Part shown: positions 1 to 13,774 of the stretch, one piece after another | Layout: every line of letters starts with the position of its first letter | Position numbering within the stretch: position 1 is the first letter of the stretch | Source of the DNA: Eledone cirrhosa | Taxonomy: Eukaryota | Assembly (NCBI GenBank): GCA_964016885.1 | Contig: OZ024743.1 | Span: forward strand, 13,578,001-13,642,000 | Direction: 5' to 3' | DNA: 64,000 nucleotides | The notes under the pieces: generated by a model | The model's input: the letters and a program-made list of their open reading frames with translations, nothing else | Told to the model about the DNA's origin: nothing | Databases searched by the model: none | Made by a program: the position numbers and the translations under genes

Positions 1-612
1 ATTGGCAACATATCAGATTAAATTTGTATTCAAATCTCATTCAGGCGTGTTGTTTAATTGATCAGCAATGTCAAGGTTTTGTATTATGTTATTGGTGTAT
101 ATATCATACCACAATATCGATTCACACACATTTGCAATGATTTTATATTGTGTTTTGTTGGCATTTCGCTGTATTGATTTTAATAAGAAATTACGCAAAC
201 ATTAAACAGGCACCTACCTGCATAATTCAAATAACAAAACGGAGTCGCAGGTGTTGCATTATCCATAGATTAATAACATAGGTCTTCATTTCGGATACAA
301 TATCTTTTTTCATCGGGATATATTAAGGAAGTGATGTAGTCTGATTCCAAATATGAATATCATCCTGGTCTGTGTCTCGGATATCTGACGGAACATCAAA
401 ATAATATAAACAGAATGAAGAAAATAATAATTAATTAACACTTAAACGAAGTTTTAAAGCAACTGGAAAATATCTCATTTCGGTAAAATCAATTTAAATC
501 AGATACTGAATTTGAGATATGCATTATTTTACTATCTCTTGTTTAATTCAAAACATATATAAAATATAAATAGTGATCCCCTATAATCTTTGCCAAACAT
601 TATAGAACAAAT

Positions 613-798
613 AATTGTTTCTACTTTTGGTACAGGGCCAGCAATTACCCAGTGCATTACTGATACTTTATTTTATCGACCCCGTAAGGATGAAAGGCAA
701 AGTTAACCTCGACGGGATTTGAACTCAGTCCGTAAAGGGACGTAACTGTGCTGCAAAGCATGGTGTCCATCCCCTACTGATACTGCCAATTCACCACC
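613..798 (-). mobile_element. tRNA-derived SINE (~185 bp family)
   Basis: Reverse complement matches the family (A-box-like tggcagtatc, B-box-like gagttcaaatccc, core tttgcctttcatccttacggggtcgataaaataaagta); flanked by the imperfect TSD ttatagaa(c/t)aaataat. Confidence 0.9.
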
Positions 799-1029
799 TT
801 TATAGAATAAATAATATGTGCATATTGCATTTTAAATAAGCAATTGAACTTTTTATTTTAATTTCACCCACGTATGTTACGAATAGATTTTTAATCATAT
901 CGAAAAGGAAACAAACTCGGTTAGAGTTAGAGGGTTATAAATATGTTAAATAAAACCGTGACCTTGTATAATTATCATTTCAATCGTTTTGCCTTAATTT
1001 AAATTAATTTGATATTAAGAGTTTCTCCA

Positions 1030-2520
1030 TTAAATCCCAGAAGTGTTGAAGGGTACCATTGCAAAATTGAAACGACGCAACGCTAAGTTCGTCAAATCAT
1101 TTGCAGAGAAACATAGGATAGTCTCTAAAGCCCTGTTACCAATTGTTTCAAGCGTCCTCTTTAAAAGTGATGACATCGCGCGAAAATATTCGGTGGTCTC
1201 TATTTGGAGTGAGGAGTTCTTCATAAAGCGCTCGCTCGAGATAGTTTGTCCCCTCTCGTCACTTTTGCATGCATTAACTCCAGAGCTTTACTACATGGGG
1301 AGATCCGTGTAAACATATACCGACGAAGTCATCATATTTGTGTCGAGCACCAAAAACTTTGAGATGATGGGTACCGCTGCAAGGTTGTGCGAAGCGGTAA
1401 CAGGTGCAAGGATTAACCCGAAAAAGTTGATGGTTCTGCAACTTGGCACATGGAGATGCATATCAATCCCGTCCAAAATTGACGTCCTGTTTTGTTTAAA
1501 TTTCTCGCTGTCTTATGGAAAAATATTAGGACAGGTTTACAAGCAGAGTGGCCTCTCTCACCCAGATATAAGCCAGGAGGAATATATCCACGAATGATTG
1601 CAGAGGGATATCTTCAAACGCTCATAGCCTACTGCCAATTGAATAGTATGATGGTGGAATCTCATGCTTGGTGTGCTACAGGGCTTTAGAAGCAGGTAAA
1701 AGCGATGACACTCTCCGGAAGATTCTGATCATGCGCAATTATCAGCTAGTCTTGCTTTTTTGCAAATCGTTCGCTCAATGGCCCATGGATAATGTAAAAA
1801 AACTCTGGGCTCACAGTGCTCCCGGGGAGTATTGCCAGTCTAGATAAACTCCACAAGTACGGATGTACCCTCAGCCGGTTGACAAAATAATCCTGCATGA
1901 ACTCGTTCATGTTCGAGGATTGCTGACTTGTGTGTGTGTGTGGTGGTGGTGGTGGTGGTGGTGGTGGTGGGGGGGGGGCTTATTTTGAACACGAGTTTAC
2001 ACATGTAGGACGTATCCAGCTTTCAGCTGAGTCGACCAAGAAGATTCACCCACCACCTTCCTTTAGTCGCGAAAGGCAAGCAGTTTTTGTCTGCCTTAAA
2101 GCCATGGCGAAAGAGGCCGTATGGTGGACAGGTCTGAAAGTGATGAAAAGAAGCACTTTTCTCTTCGACGAAAAGGGAAAATAAGAAGGGAGAGGTAAGT
2201 GTTGCCTTCCATCCAGTTTGTTAAAATATGGCTAAGAATGGTGAGCATGGCCCGAATGAATGAGACTGCGCTTATAGATTGGAGGAGGACAACTGGGATG
2301 GATCACTTGCCTTAGTGGTCAGTGTGACCGTAACCTTTTGTGGGCTTTCTCCATGTGTGACCCTTGGATGTTCTACATTTTGGGGAATTAATTTTGTTCG
2401 AATTGTTAACGTTTTCCTTTTATTCTTAAATCATTTTACAAACTAAAATCAAACTGTACCGTCCTGTGCCGTTCTTAATATTTTCTGAATGAGAGCCCTG
2501 CGGGGCTAATTAAAAACACT
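1030..2520 (+). mobile_element. Degenerate Tx1/L1-clade non-LTR retrotransposon (RT to 3' end)
   Basis: Fragments RSLEIVCPLSSLLHAL (like RQGCPLSPLLY), TYTDEVIIFVS (like YADD), EAVTGARINPKK..LQLGTWR, and C-terminal AMAKEAVWWT; many stops and frameshifts. Confidence 0.7.
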
Positions 2521-2579
2521 ACTACTATTACTGTTGTTATTATCAGTATCATCAACATCATCATCATCATAATTATTTT

Positions 2580-2975
2580 GCACATTATCAATACATTAAT
2601 GAGCCCAGCTCTGTGCCCCTTTGATATATGCAATGTGGATTTGGTGTTTCTATTGTATTAAGAATACCCTTCGTAATATATGTACGGTGCCTAAGAGTAC
2701 TACTGTCCGTATGCTGCATATATTTGTAAATACTGGGGATTTGGTTATATATGTTTGTGTTTTTCTATCATCCCCAGAGCACCTATCATTTTAAGTAGTG
2801 TTTCTGTCTTCATCAATCAATTTTTGGTTATTTCTATCTCCGGACCTTAATATTTGGATCGTTTTCCAATTTCCTTTGTAGACATATTGTCGTCTATGGA
2901 GAGTCTTTCACTAATTAGAAGACATTTTTTTGTTATTTGTATTTCATAAGATTATAATAATCCTTTCTACTGGTC
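2580..2975 (-). mobile_element. 3' fragment of an R4/Dong-like RLE retrotransposon
   Basis: Minus-strand translation DNMSTKEIGKRSKY*GPEIEIT..MKTET..MIGALGMI…VLLGTVHILRRVF matches the R4/Dong endonuclease C-terminus; the 3' end abuts a decayed (TAA/TGA)n tract at 2518-2578. Confidence 0.75.
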
Positions 2976-3444
2976 GTTTCTGTTTTCTTTTTATATTTTA
3001 AATTTTAGAGTACATACTGAATACTTTATTCTCTTGACAAAAAGAAATTAACTATGAGCAGTTACGTATACCGTTTCACTTCATAAACATTCAAATTCAC
3101 TTCATTCACATTTTCGTTGTAGTATTCTTTAAATAATCATTCCAGAAATAAACGCATATAATGCGCCTTTAGCCCTCCATTTGGCATCATCAGTAGGATA
3201 TCATTGGAACCCTGTAAACTGATGTTACGATTGCTATATGAGATTTGTGAAAATTGTTTTGGATTGAGAATAAATGGTGAACAAATATAAAATATATTTG
3301 GTCAAACAAAAATATGGTTTAGATTCATTTCCTGTTAGATAGCTAGAAAGAAAGGAAATATGTATTTTCAGATTTTTTTGTATAGTTTATTGTTATATTT
3401 CATGTTTATATAAAAACATGATATATTGTAATTACAAAAAAACA

Positions 3445-3692
3445 TGCTACTTCTCCAAATTGAGAGATCAGCGCTCCGATACTAAGGATGTGCGATTAGA
3501 ATGTTTAAGAAAGAATCGCTGGACAGATTTTATGGGCAACACCATCCGGCTCGGGACCCAGGGATAGACACCGAATAAGATTGTTTGATAACATCCATGA
3601 GCTTGGCTGGTCTCGCTTGGGAATCCAGCCGGATCAGTTGGAGATGGTTACTTTTGAAAAGACCCACTGCAATAAGTGTGGGAAGAAGAAGA
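3445..3692 (+). mobile_element. RTE-like LINE 3' fragment
   Basis: gagcttggctggtctcgcttgggaatcca is homologous to the minus-strand 3' end of the element at 6311-8430; ends in gaagaagaaga. Confidence 0.7.
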
Positions 3693-6121
3693 TATCACTT
3701 TAAGAGAATATGCATTATTTTGCTGTAGTACATAGAGTACATCACATTATATATACGATTATATTGACGTAAGGCGCATCTTAGCGGAGGCCATCCCTTC
3801 TTCAGGCCTGTGCACAGCAAATTTCCTCAGAGAAGGATAGAGAATGAGAGAAAGGAAGTGTGAAAGAGATATAGAGGAAGAATCGACTCCACCATTGGAA
3901 TGGTAGTTTCTATCGACATCGATTGAATCAAAAGCAAAGTTTGTGGTATTTGAGCTTGGAGAATAACTCACTCTATCTGCTGTTATAATACGCACTATCT
4001 GATGTTTTAACGACTCACCGCATTACAAAATTATATATACATGTATCTACAAAAGTATTCCATATATATTTCTTGTGATAACATCTTCAAATAAAAAGCA
4101 GATACTTTAAGACATTTTTATAATTGGTGATACCGATATTTTACATCGATTGAAATTAAACTTTTTTTTATTAGTATCTATATATGATGTGAAGATATAT
4201 CTTTATATATACTGCCCAGATATCTTTTCATATATGGTGGGCAGATATACGGTGTGGCCGATTATGTACAGTAGTGGAAATAGCTGAAAGTTTTAATATC
4301 ATGCGCCTAAAGCAACGTGTGGATACTATCAAATCTATATCAAAGCTTCGGAGCAAATCGAAAAGAAAGTGGATATTGATGTATATCTCATTTCATATTA
4401 GCAATAGCAGACTCAAAAGTCTTTAATACGTAATGACATATTTCTGCTTGCTGTAAAGAGTTAAGCAAAATGCATGAGTAAAATCAAATATATATTTGAA
4501 TTGAGCAATGCAAACGTTCATTGTAGTATAGTTTGATACATATGAGCTATAACGTTGAAATCTAATCAACTCGAAAGACATCTCAATCTGTTGACTAATT
4601 ACAAGTTTGAATAGTTCGTCCTTGACACACATCTAATATACTAAACAAACCTAGTATGAGCTAGAATTCCTTCACGAATATGTTCAATTAGTGAAGGCTA
4701 ATATATTTCTTGTATATGTTACTTCTCTATATCAAGCCACACAACCTTACACACATTTAAACAGGAAATATTTTACATTGTTTTCATTAAAAGTCATTTT
4801 GAATCTTGACAATTTCAGCTACCACAAATCAATCTTCTCGAATACTGGATGGCAACCTTCACCAACATTAGAGCACATATATTTTTAAGCTGGAATACAC
4901 TTGATAAATAGTCGATACTCCGACTTTTCACGGGAATGCATATATCTTTCATCAGTCACAGTTAACCAGACTAAGACCTATATGCCAAATCAAAATGCAA
5001 GTCTACACAATGTGATATAGCCGTACTTTACTATTCGATCTAAAGAAAATAGATGTAAGCATAAGGAGATAATAATTATCATCTATCTAAAAGTCCTAAC
5101 TTTCCTAGACTTTACGGCAAATAAAAATACCGACAAATACCATATCTCGTAACTGTATGTGAGGCACTGTTCGTCTCACTTGGCTAGATTATAGTACATA
5201 TCTATCTCTACTTTTGATGTTTCTCTGGTGTAGGTAATATGTCTCGCCAACCCCAGGTCGTCTACGTGGAAAGTGATCAATTTTAGGTTCCGTGTGGTCA
5301 GTATGCATGTATGTGAATTTGATTATATATCCACGTGCTGTTTTCTGCAAACGTTATGCGCGTTTACATGCATGTATTGCATTTATATTCATATATGCCA
5401 CTATAAAAAAACTTATGTCTTCAATATGACTATCGTTATTACCTTCATATGCATGTATATTATATAACACTTTCATTGGCTTACATCATATCTAAGGCGT
5501 CGCATTGAAACTAAAAAGATTGCTGTGTGGTACTTTCACGTTAGCCATTTATATTATACTTGTAAAATCATATTACTGTTTGCGTACCTTTGTGATAATG
5601 GTGTCAAGTATATTCTTGTTCACCTATGGTCTGGACATTAATATTCTACTCGACAGCCATAGGTTGGATGTCGGTTGTTGGAAATATTTAATAGAAAATA
5701 TTGATTGTTACTATTCTTTTTGTTTTCGATGTCAATCTCCCTAGCTATGTTCCATCCTCAAAATCTGAAATGTTTCTTTCATTTTCTTATACACATATGT
5801 TCGTCTTTCGTATGTTTCGTGTGACAATCGTCTAAGCTATTTTTCATTTTATTTTATTTCCCCTTTCTTCTTATTGTTCAATTTGTTAGTTACGCTACTT
5901 TGATATTACAACTGAAATATAACAGAAACCGTGGTTTTAAACATCACTCATAATTTCACTGTATTCTAGCATCTTCATAGGGAAGTTATTTCATTAAGTT
6001 CAGAGAGGTAAACAACAGAATGTCGTTTGACTTCGAGAAAATATCCATTATCTCGCTTCTTTATTTCCGCTACCATTCGTTAGAGTTCATCATCATCGTC
6101 GTCGCGTCGTCGTCGTCGTCG

Positions 6122-6310
6122 TCTTCTTCTTCTTCTTCTTCTTCTTCTTCTTCTTCTTCTTCTTCTTCTTCTTCGTCTTCTTCTTCTTCTTCTTCTTCTT
6201 CTTCTTCTTCTTCTTCTTCTTCTTCTTCTTCTTCTTCTTCTTCTTCTTCTTCTTCTTCTTCTTCTTCTTCTTCTTCTTCTTCTTCTTCTTCTTCTTCTTC
6301 TTCTTCTTCT
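6122..6310. repeat. (TTC)n/(GAA)n microsatellite, likely the expanded 3' tail of the adjacent RTE
   Basis: About 60 near-perfect TTC units directly abutting the 3' end of the RTE. Confidence 0.95.
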
Positions 6311-8430
6311 CCCCTTGTTTCGTCGCCCACTTATTCCTCTGAGGATCGTTTTGCCAGTGTTATCAAGCATACCTTCCAGCGGTTCCTATCAGAAGACACC
6401 ATTTCAAATTGAATCCCCAAGCAAGACCAGCCGAGCTCCTGGATGTTATTCAAACATCTTGCTCGGGATCTAAATCTGGACTCCTGCCGATTGGTTTTAT
6501 CTGTAAAACCTGTCCAGGTAGTCTTTCCAGAGACGTTCTAAGAACAGGGCCGTAGTATCAGAGCTGTAATTTCTCAATTCGGACAAGTAGCAGTTATACC
6601 TGGAGCGACACTCGGATCTCCGAGCTACGCTTTCTATCGAGTAACTTTACTTCAAGTACATTTCATTCAGCCGTTAGGATTCCTGAGCGTATTTGGTCGG
6701 CTGTATTGTGTCCGTGGCGAAAACTACATTGTTTGTCAGCTAGCTTCAACGTGACAGTGTCTTTGCTAGACATAACATAACATTTGCCGGGGAAGCTTAA
6801 GGGGATCGCTCGATAAGTGAAGCAATGTCTCTATTTTCGGAAATTGGGATTATAATTTCAGATTGCCATTGCTTAGGTACCTTTATAGATATCCAATACA
6901 TCCAGCACATATACTTTGTAGCTTTAACGCCTAGTCACATTTGACGTCTTAAATGCTCTAGTGACTTCAGCTTCAGCGAGGTTATTCATCACTCTACGAT
7001 GCTCATCATATACATCAGAAAATGCCGTTGTGACACGGTTTTGATCAGCAAAGTATTCTTTCCATCTTGCGAGCGAGGATGCACCTCTCTGAAGAAAGAA
7101 GAACCATAGACCCGTTCCTGATAGCAAATATGGAGACTGGCTTCTTATTACGAAGACACCGTCCGGTCTGCAAGAAAGCTTATTTGGTGGTCTGAAGTCA
7201 GATTCATGCTTAACAACAAAGTACTTCCATGCCTTAACTTGAACACCTTTACTGTCTCTGCTGCAACTTTCAGCTCCTGCTTGTACCGAAATGCAAGAAA
7301 GAAGAGTTATTTCGAAGACAGGTTTTGTAAGCCTCTTTCATATTTTGGATGGCATCATTCACCACTTGATTTAACCAAAGAATCCTCCTGTCACCGAGCC
7401 CCACATCAAGCCGGTCTAGTCAGCGGTATTTGACATCTGAAGCAATAAATGCCGAGCTGAATAATCTCCCCTTCATTTCAACTTGCTCGTTTTGCTCAGC
7501 GAATTTTATGAATTCGTATGCAATAGTATATGCAAAGGTGTTAATGACTTCCTTATCTGCCAGCGCTTCACACATTATCGTGTAAGCCGAACTGGACCTG
7601 AACATTTTGTGGGCTTTTTAGAGTTTAGATATTTTCTGCTTGCAGATAATTCGATGGAGAACATATGACAGCCATTCGCTCTCTTAACAAGAACAAGCAG
7701 CACAGAATTCAAAATCAATTATTGATCTCTGTCCTCGATTCCACTTATATTATTATCTATGGATGTCTTTGTGTCGGAAGAAGATGTTCACAATGGAGAG
7801 CCCATTACAAGAACACAAGGCCTCTCCGTTTGTGTTTAGATCGGGATGACCGCTCCTTCCAAACACTTCCTTCCATGTCAGATAATCAATGCCAACATGT
7901 ACATTAAAGTGTTCCATTAAGATATATGATTCAATCATAATATAACCTACGCTGCAGTAACTTAGTCAAGGAAGGGTCTGTATTTGGACTCTCTGGCGCA
8001 TAAATTTGCCCTACCCACAGATAACTTTCTTTGAGCCTACGTTGTAACTGGCAGATACTCCCTCCCAGCGTGATCCAGTTCAACAAATTCTGAGAGCCGT
8101 GGGCTTGTGAGTATCACCACTTGCGCCTGTGCAATCTTTTCTTGCGCCCCACATGAATAGCGGAGTTTTTATCATCCATATAAATTTGCAGTACCAGGGC
8201 CACGGATATTTCTTGAGTAATCTCCGACTACATCTAGTCAGTAGCATCTTACCTTTCCACTATCTCCTGCTCCTTGACTTTAAGTGTTGTAATGTTTCAG
8301 TTACCAATGGTCAAAGTTTGCTTCCTTCCAAATTGACCGTCGTGTCAGGATACCTAACCTTTCGTCCACGCCTCTCTTGACAGGTCGTAGGACCATAGCC
8401 AGTTATTACAGAGTTAGATGGTGACAGCAA
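6311..8430 (-). mobile_element. Degenerate RTE-clade LINE (APE endonuclease remnants to 3' end)
   Basis: ILMEHFNVHVG (like GDFNAHVG), NTNGEAL..NGLSIVNIFFRHKDIHR, RWKEYF, C-terminal NNIQELGWSCLGI..DRNRWK; (GAA)n tail; internally deleted. Confidence 0.8.
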
Positions 8431-9249
8431 TATAGTTTTCGAATCTTTCTCTCTACATGAATCCCGAATGCATTCCTTGTTCCACGCAAATGCCATAAAC
8501 ACTGCTCTTGGATTTCCGACAGTAGATACAGGTAGGGAGGAACAGAATCTAATGCGCACTGACTTAGGTCATTTATCTACCGTTGCTATGGCAGACATTA
8601 GAAACGAAAATACAGAGGAAACAAAGAACAGATTAGACATTGGTGATGTCGTATATCACAGTGCTGCCCACTGAAACATTGCACCTGATAGTCAAAGCTA
8701 GACAGTACATATTTAGATCTCGAACATAACTAGTTGTTCGACCAAATTCCAAATATCTGCCCGAAAATAGAGTAACATGATACTAAATTGTCTTCGGTAA
8801 TTTATAGATATATAACTTTTAACACAATTATGTGATATGTACGTGTATATTGAGAGCAGGTATTTCGTTAATCTATAGGGTATTATCCTAAAAGGCATAT
8901 GATATCGCAAGAGAAGCAGCCTGTCTTCCTAATAGATGGAAGTTTAAGAAAAGAGTTAGAGAAGGAAAGAAGCAAAATATCAAAAACAGAGTGAATGATA
9001 AAGAAAAAATGTTTATACAAAGAAAAGCATAGAAAGAACACAAAAACACCCACACACACACAAACAAACATACACAGCCCCACCCCACATATATATGTCG
9101 CATAAAAAACGTAGCTTTGGCGAGTGGATTAGGAAAATTCCATATAAGATTCCAAGGCGTTTCCATTCCCAATATATTGAATTATACAGAACGAAGTCAA
9201 TACCGAGTAAAAGAAATAAATATTAAAGAATTTGGAAAAAGAAATGTGT

Positions 9250-10265
9250 AGAGAATAGGTTATGGTGGCTGCCATTAGGCCGTCAAGGTGCATGACTTGG
9301 TAATAGAGGGATTTACAAGGAATGTCGAAGATAGAAGTAAAAGCTAAGAAATAATATACAAAGAATACAAAAAATTAGTACTTTAGTGAAGCAGTCACCT
9401 TCTGTCGTGAGGGTTGCCTTGTAATTGAGTGAATTATAAAGAATTTAGAGAGAACAACGAAAACAAATTGCAAATAACGTAAATAACCATCCCCAGATAC
9501 TAAACCTATTGAAAAGAGAGAGGGAGATGGGAGAGATAGACACAAAGTGAAAGATGTAGAGAGTAATACATTGGTGAGGCCATTATGTTGCCAAGGTAGA
9601 TGTATTTATAATAGTTTGAAGTATACACACGCACACACACACACAAGCACACATACACATATATATGTGTATGTGTGTGCGTGTATGTGTATTTGTTGAT
9701 GTGCGTGCAGTGTGTATGAGTTTCAAAAAAGTGGCTAAAGAGGCAAATAAGCAAATCATAAACAATTCAAAAACACACAAAAAAATGAACATTATATAGA
9801 GAGTGTCTGCAGAGAGGCTGCAATTATGCAGCCATCGTGGTTGCCGTGCGAACAGTGAGTTATAACAACTAAGTTGATAGAGAGAAACAAACGAATTATA
9901 AAGAAATCACTCACTAAAAAATATTTCAAACAAACTAAGCTTAAATCAGAGAGACTAGATTGGCAAGTCTGCTAGTATGGTGCCGTTGGGGTTACCATGC
10001 AAATAAATTAAAATATACAGAGAAAAACATCAAAAACAAAATTCCCATACAAATCGCAATAACCTTCCTTGATGTAGAGAACAATTTAGTGAGGTTACCA
10101 TTATGATGCCAGTGCAGTTGTTTTGCTAATAAAGTAAATTATAAAGAACAAATAACGTAGACACTAATAAAACCCCTCATAAATCACATAAAATTTAGCA
10201 TAGTTTAGAGAGAGAGTATGTGGGCGAGGTTGCCATTATCCTGCCACGGTGGATTAGAAAGGAGG
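9250..10265. repeat. Old degenerate tandem/satellite-like repeat
   Basis: Recurring motifs gagg(t/c)t(g/a)ccattat..tgcca and aattataaaga (9432, 9894, 10137). Confidence 0.5.
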
Positions 10266-11289
10266 AAGAATTGTGAGAGAGAAATATGTTCTCTTCCTTC
10301 TTATGCTCATCCTCCTCATCATTGTTGTTATTGTGACGTTGGTCTGGGAGCGGTCCTGGTCTACGTGGAGTACAACCCGAAAAGATTTATCAGGAGGAAT
10401 TTTAGGCAGGACTACAAACAGGAATTAACTCTTTAAGGCAAGCTCTACAAACACGAAAATACCAACAGCCGAACCTGTCCGAACCTTGCCACGCAAGGTG
10501 ACCAACATGTACTATCCCACAGTGTCCGTACGTTGCAGATTTGTGATCTTATGTCGAAACATGTTATCACGTGTAGCACAAATCCTGTTTCGGGAATAAC
10601 GAAAATTGAACCTCCCCCTTCTTTTAGAGGAGACATTCCGCAATCCTCCTCTGACTGGTAGAAATTGCCAAAGTTAGTGTATGTTCTGAGGCCGAGAAGA
10701 AGTCTACTACTCCGAGCAAGCTTTGATTAACATAATCCTGTATCACTTGAGAAGGGAAGCGAAGGTAGACGGGGAGATAACATGTTCAAGTGTATTTCAT
10801 GAAAAGTGTGGTTGAGCGGATAGATTGTCGAAGTGGAAAATGTATACTATGAATTTCTAATTAACAGGAAAGAAGCCGTTAGAGGGCACTTTGAATGCTT
10901 TGTGGCGGCAGAGTAATCTGGAGATTTGTTTATTTATCCTTGTAATGTCTCAAATATCCTGGACCTTTGTGGACAATAAAATAGATTATTATTAGATAAA
11001 GATAAATAAGTATAATTATGTGAGCTCTCAGAAATATCCACATCCATCAACAAAATGATAATAAAAAAAACAAAACAAAAGGAAAACACACTGACATAAA
11101 TTACGAGACGCATTCATATGATAACACGCTGTCCGATTTTTGTGACGCTTTTTCTAAATTTAAATATGGTGTTGGTAAGAATTTCATTAATAGTCGACTA
11201 GCCACAGCTTGCATACTCATTAAATAAGGACAAATGAAATCAAAATCAGAAAGATACAGCCCGAAGCACAATATCATAAGCATTGAAAA

Positions 11290-12375
11290 GAGAATCCACG
11301 CCAATGGCTTACGTGCCCTACAACACTTCCTCGACCTTCGACCATCCACCATCATTCATCACGCCAAGCTGGTCCTAACCCTTAACTACTTTTCGTTCTA
11401 GGTTGAGTTCTGTTAACGTTAGCTATGGACACAACAATGGGCCCCAACGGCACCACCCAATTCGTCGGCTACGCTGAGGCCCAAATCTTTTACCAATACA
11501 CTAGCTGCATCCCCGAGCTAATCGACCGTTACATTAACGACTGCATCGGCGCCATCTCATTTCTCTCCTTCCTCTTCGCCCTCGACTTCAAAATATCCAT
11601 CTCCCCCACCTCCATTCACTTCTTTGACATCGCCTTCTCCATGGACCCCTCTGTTCACTCACTCATCACTTTCGCCTTCTTTAAGCCCACTGACTACCAT
11701 TCCTAACTCGATTTCACCTGCTCCAACTCCACCCACACCAAACAGCTCCTCCCCTACTCCCGATTTCTCCGACTCCGCCGTTTATGTAGCGGAACTGAGG
11801 ACTTAGAGGCTGAGGCCCTTTATTTGGCTAGCCACTTCATTCAGAGAGGCTACACGCTCCCTTGTCCACGCCGCTCTCACCCGCGCCCGCGCTGTTGACC
11901 GCACCGCCATTCTTAGCCCCACGCCATTGGCCCCACACACCGACTCCCTTTCGCCATTACCTACCATCTCGCCACCTTGATCACCGAGGAGGTGTTTCAC
12001 CGCCTCCTGTCAGACCACACGGCATCCACCATGTTCCCCCTCCCACCCATCCCCTCATTCAAGCGAGCACGCAACCACCTCGTCAGTAGCTCCCTTCCTT
12101 CCTCAATCTCTCCCCCAGATCCCTCCCAAGCTCCCGATCTTGCTGCCACACATGTTCTCACATTACAAACACCACTGCCTTTTATGGGCCCTACGGCTAA
12201 TCCTTCCGGGGCCTTCTCCAGCCTTGTCTACGGATTCCATTCCACGCTATGTGGACCTGCCTACATCTCACAGACAGGACGGCCATTAGTGGACCGGTTC
12301 GCCGAGCACCTCCGGGACATATGGCTCGGCAGCCGGTTACCGGTCACCCGACACTTCCGCTCCATCAGACACTCC
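11290..12375 (+). mobile_element. Penelope-like element (Neptune-type RT + C-terminal GIY-YIG), degenerate
   Basis: TTMGP..FVGYAE..RYINDCIGA (like YIDD), FFDI..FKPTDYHS, LPYSRFLRLRRLCS, LVYGFHSTLCGPAYISQTGRPLVDRFAEHLRDI. Confidence 0.85.
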
Positions 12376-12962
12376 TCCTCGCTAACCCACCCTCAATTAC
12401 CCCACACCAGCAACCACAAATCTACTAACGGAACAACCCCACCCATCAATAACACTACTAAACCTCTCTACCTATTCATCCCCTCCACCACCCACTCACA
12501 CATATCCAACACCTCCAACAACTTACAACCCCGACAACCTCATACACATACACAGAGGAACGTACATAGAAACATGTTAAAAAAAATATGACACACACTA
12601 ACTAACAGTTGACCTGTCACAGCCATATGACCCTCCGTACACTCCGTCAACAGAACTAACAAACCAACTGACCCACCACACCCGTTAACACCACTAACAC
12701 TTCCCCACCACCATAAAGAGGCATCTTGCTCTCCACCATCACCACCGCACCTACTACTAAACATACACACACATGTGAAGAGAATTAACAATATTAGATA
12801 GGAAAACGGAGAGGTAGAGTTGTTATATAACTGTAACAAATCACCAATCATGTGAATAGAAAATAAAACATGTTATAAATAATTATTTCATTTATTGGCC
12901 ACAAGGGCCGACAAACATGTTATAAATAATAAATAGCTTTAATTCATGACAAAATAATATTA

Positions 12963-13143
12963 TGGATTGGCAGTATCGGCAGAGGATCGGACGTCATGCT
13001 TTGACGCATTGAGTTACGGTCAGTTCCATTCTGAGTTCAAATCCCGAGGTCAACTTTGCCGTTCATCCATACGGGGTCGATAAAATAAAGCACCAGTAAT
13101 GTACTGGGTACTTACTGGCTTTGTGCCAAAAGTAGAACCAATT
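12963..13143 (+). mobile_element. tRNA-derived SINE
   Basis: Matches the family consensus with several substitutions. Confidence 0.9.
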
Positions 13144-13774
13144 ATATGTTACTGTAGTTGTAAACAATATATTTGAGGAGTAGAGACAAGAAAATTTCAA
13201 ATGTTAAGTTAAAAGCAGGATGTAAAATGTAATGTGACATCAGGCAATAAATCATCCACATGACTAATACCTAAAAGTAAAAGGGATGTAGATAAGCATA
13301 TAAATGTAATCATTAAAAATCCCAGAACTTTTAAAAATGATGTGAGGTTTAATGTGACACAATATCTACAAGATTTTACGAAAGATAATGAAACCGCGTA
13401 TAAAATTTAAATCCATAATATATGTTAGGTGTAATAAGCAATCAATTACATTTGTAATGGCCGTCCCACATGACCAACATAAGGTATATAAGAAATCATG
13501 ACAGCTGTGAGCCATACGCACTTGGAACTAAGCCGACATCTTGAAATGTATTTAGAAAACACGATAGAAACGCATAGCGCTATAACAAAAGGATCTCTTG
13601 GAATATGCTGATTGACTCAAACATGAACATTTATACAAATCGTAATGATAATTTATTAAAGTATTATTAAGGTATGAAATATCTCTTAATCAATGTTTAA
13701 ATTTCAATAGACGACAAACTCTTACTGAAGGAAATTAGGAGACTAACTATGTAAACATATAAATATATTTCCGG

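Noticed and set aside
300-560. Possible old DNA transposon (ctgattccaaatatg motif)
   Set aside because: No TIR pair or TSD could be established.
3160-3205. Minus-strand ctgatgatgcc…ggc hammerhead-like remnant (similar weak cases near 4920-4960 and 14895-14945)
   Set aside because: The GAAA core or stem I is missing; at most decayed pLTR remnants.
6020-6412. Poly-Ser, poly-Glu and poly-Arg ORFs
   Set aside because: Translations of the (TTC)n microsatellite.
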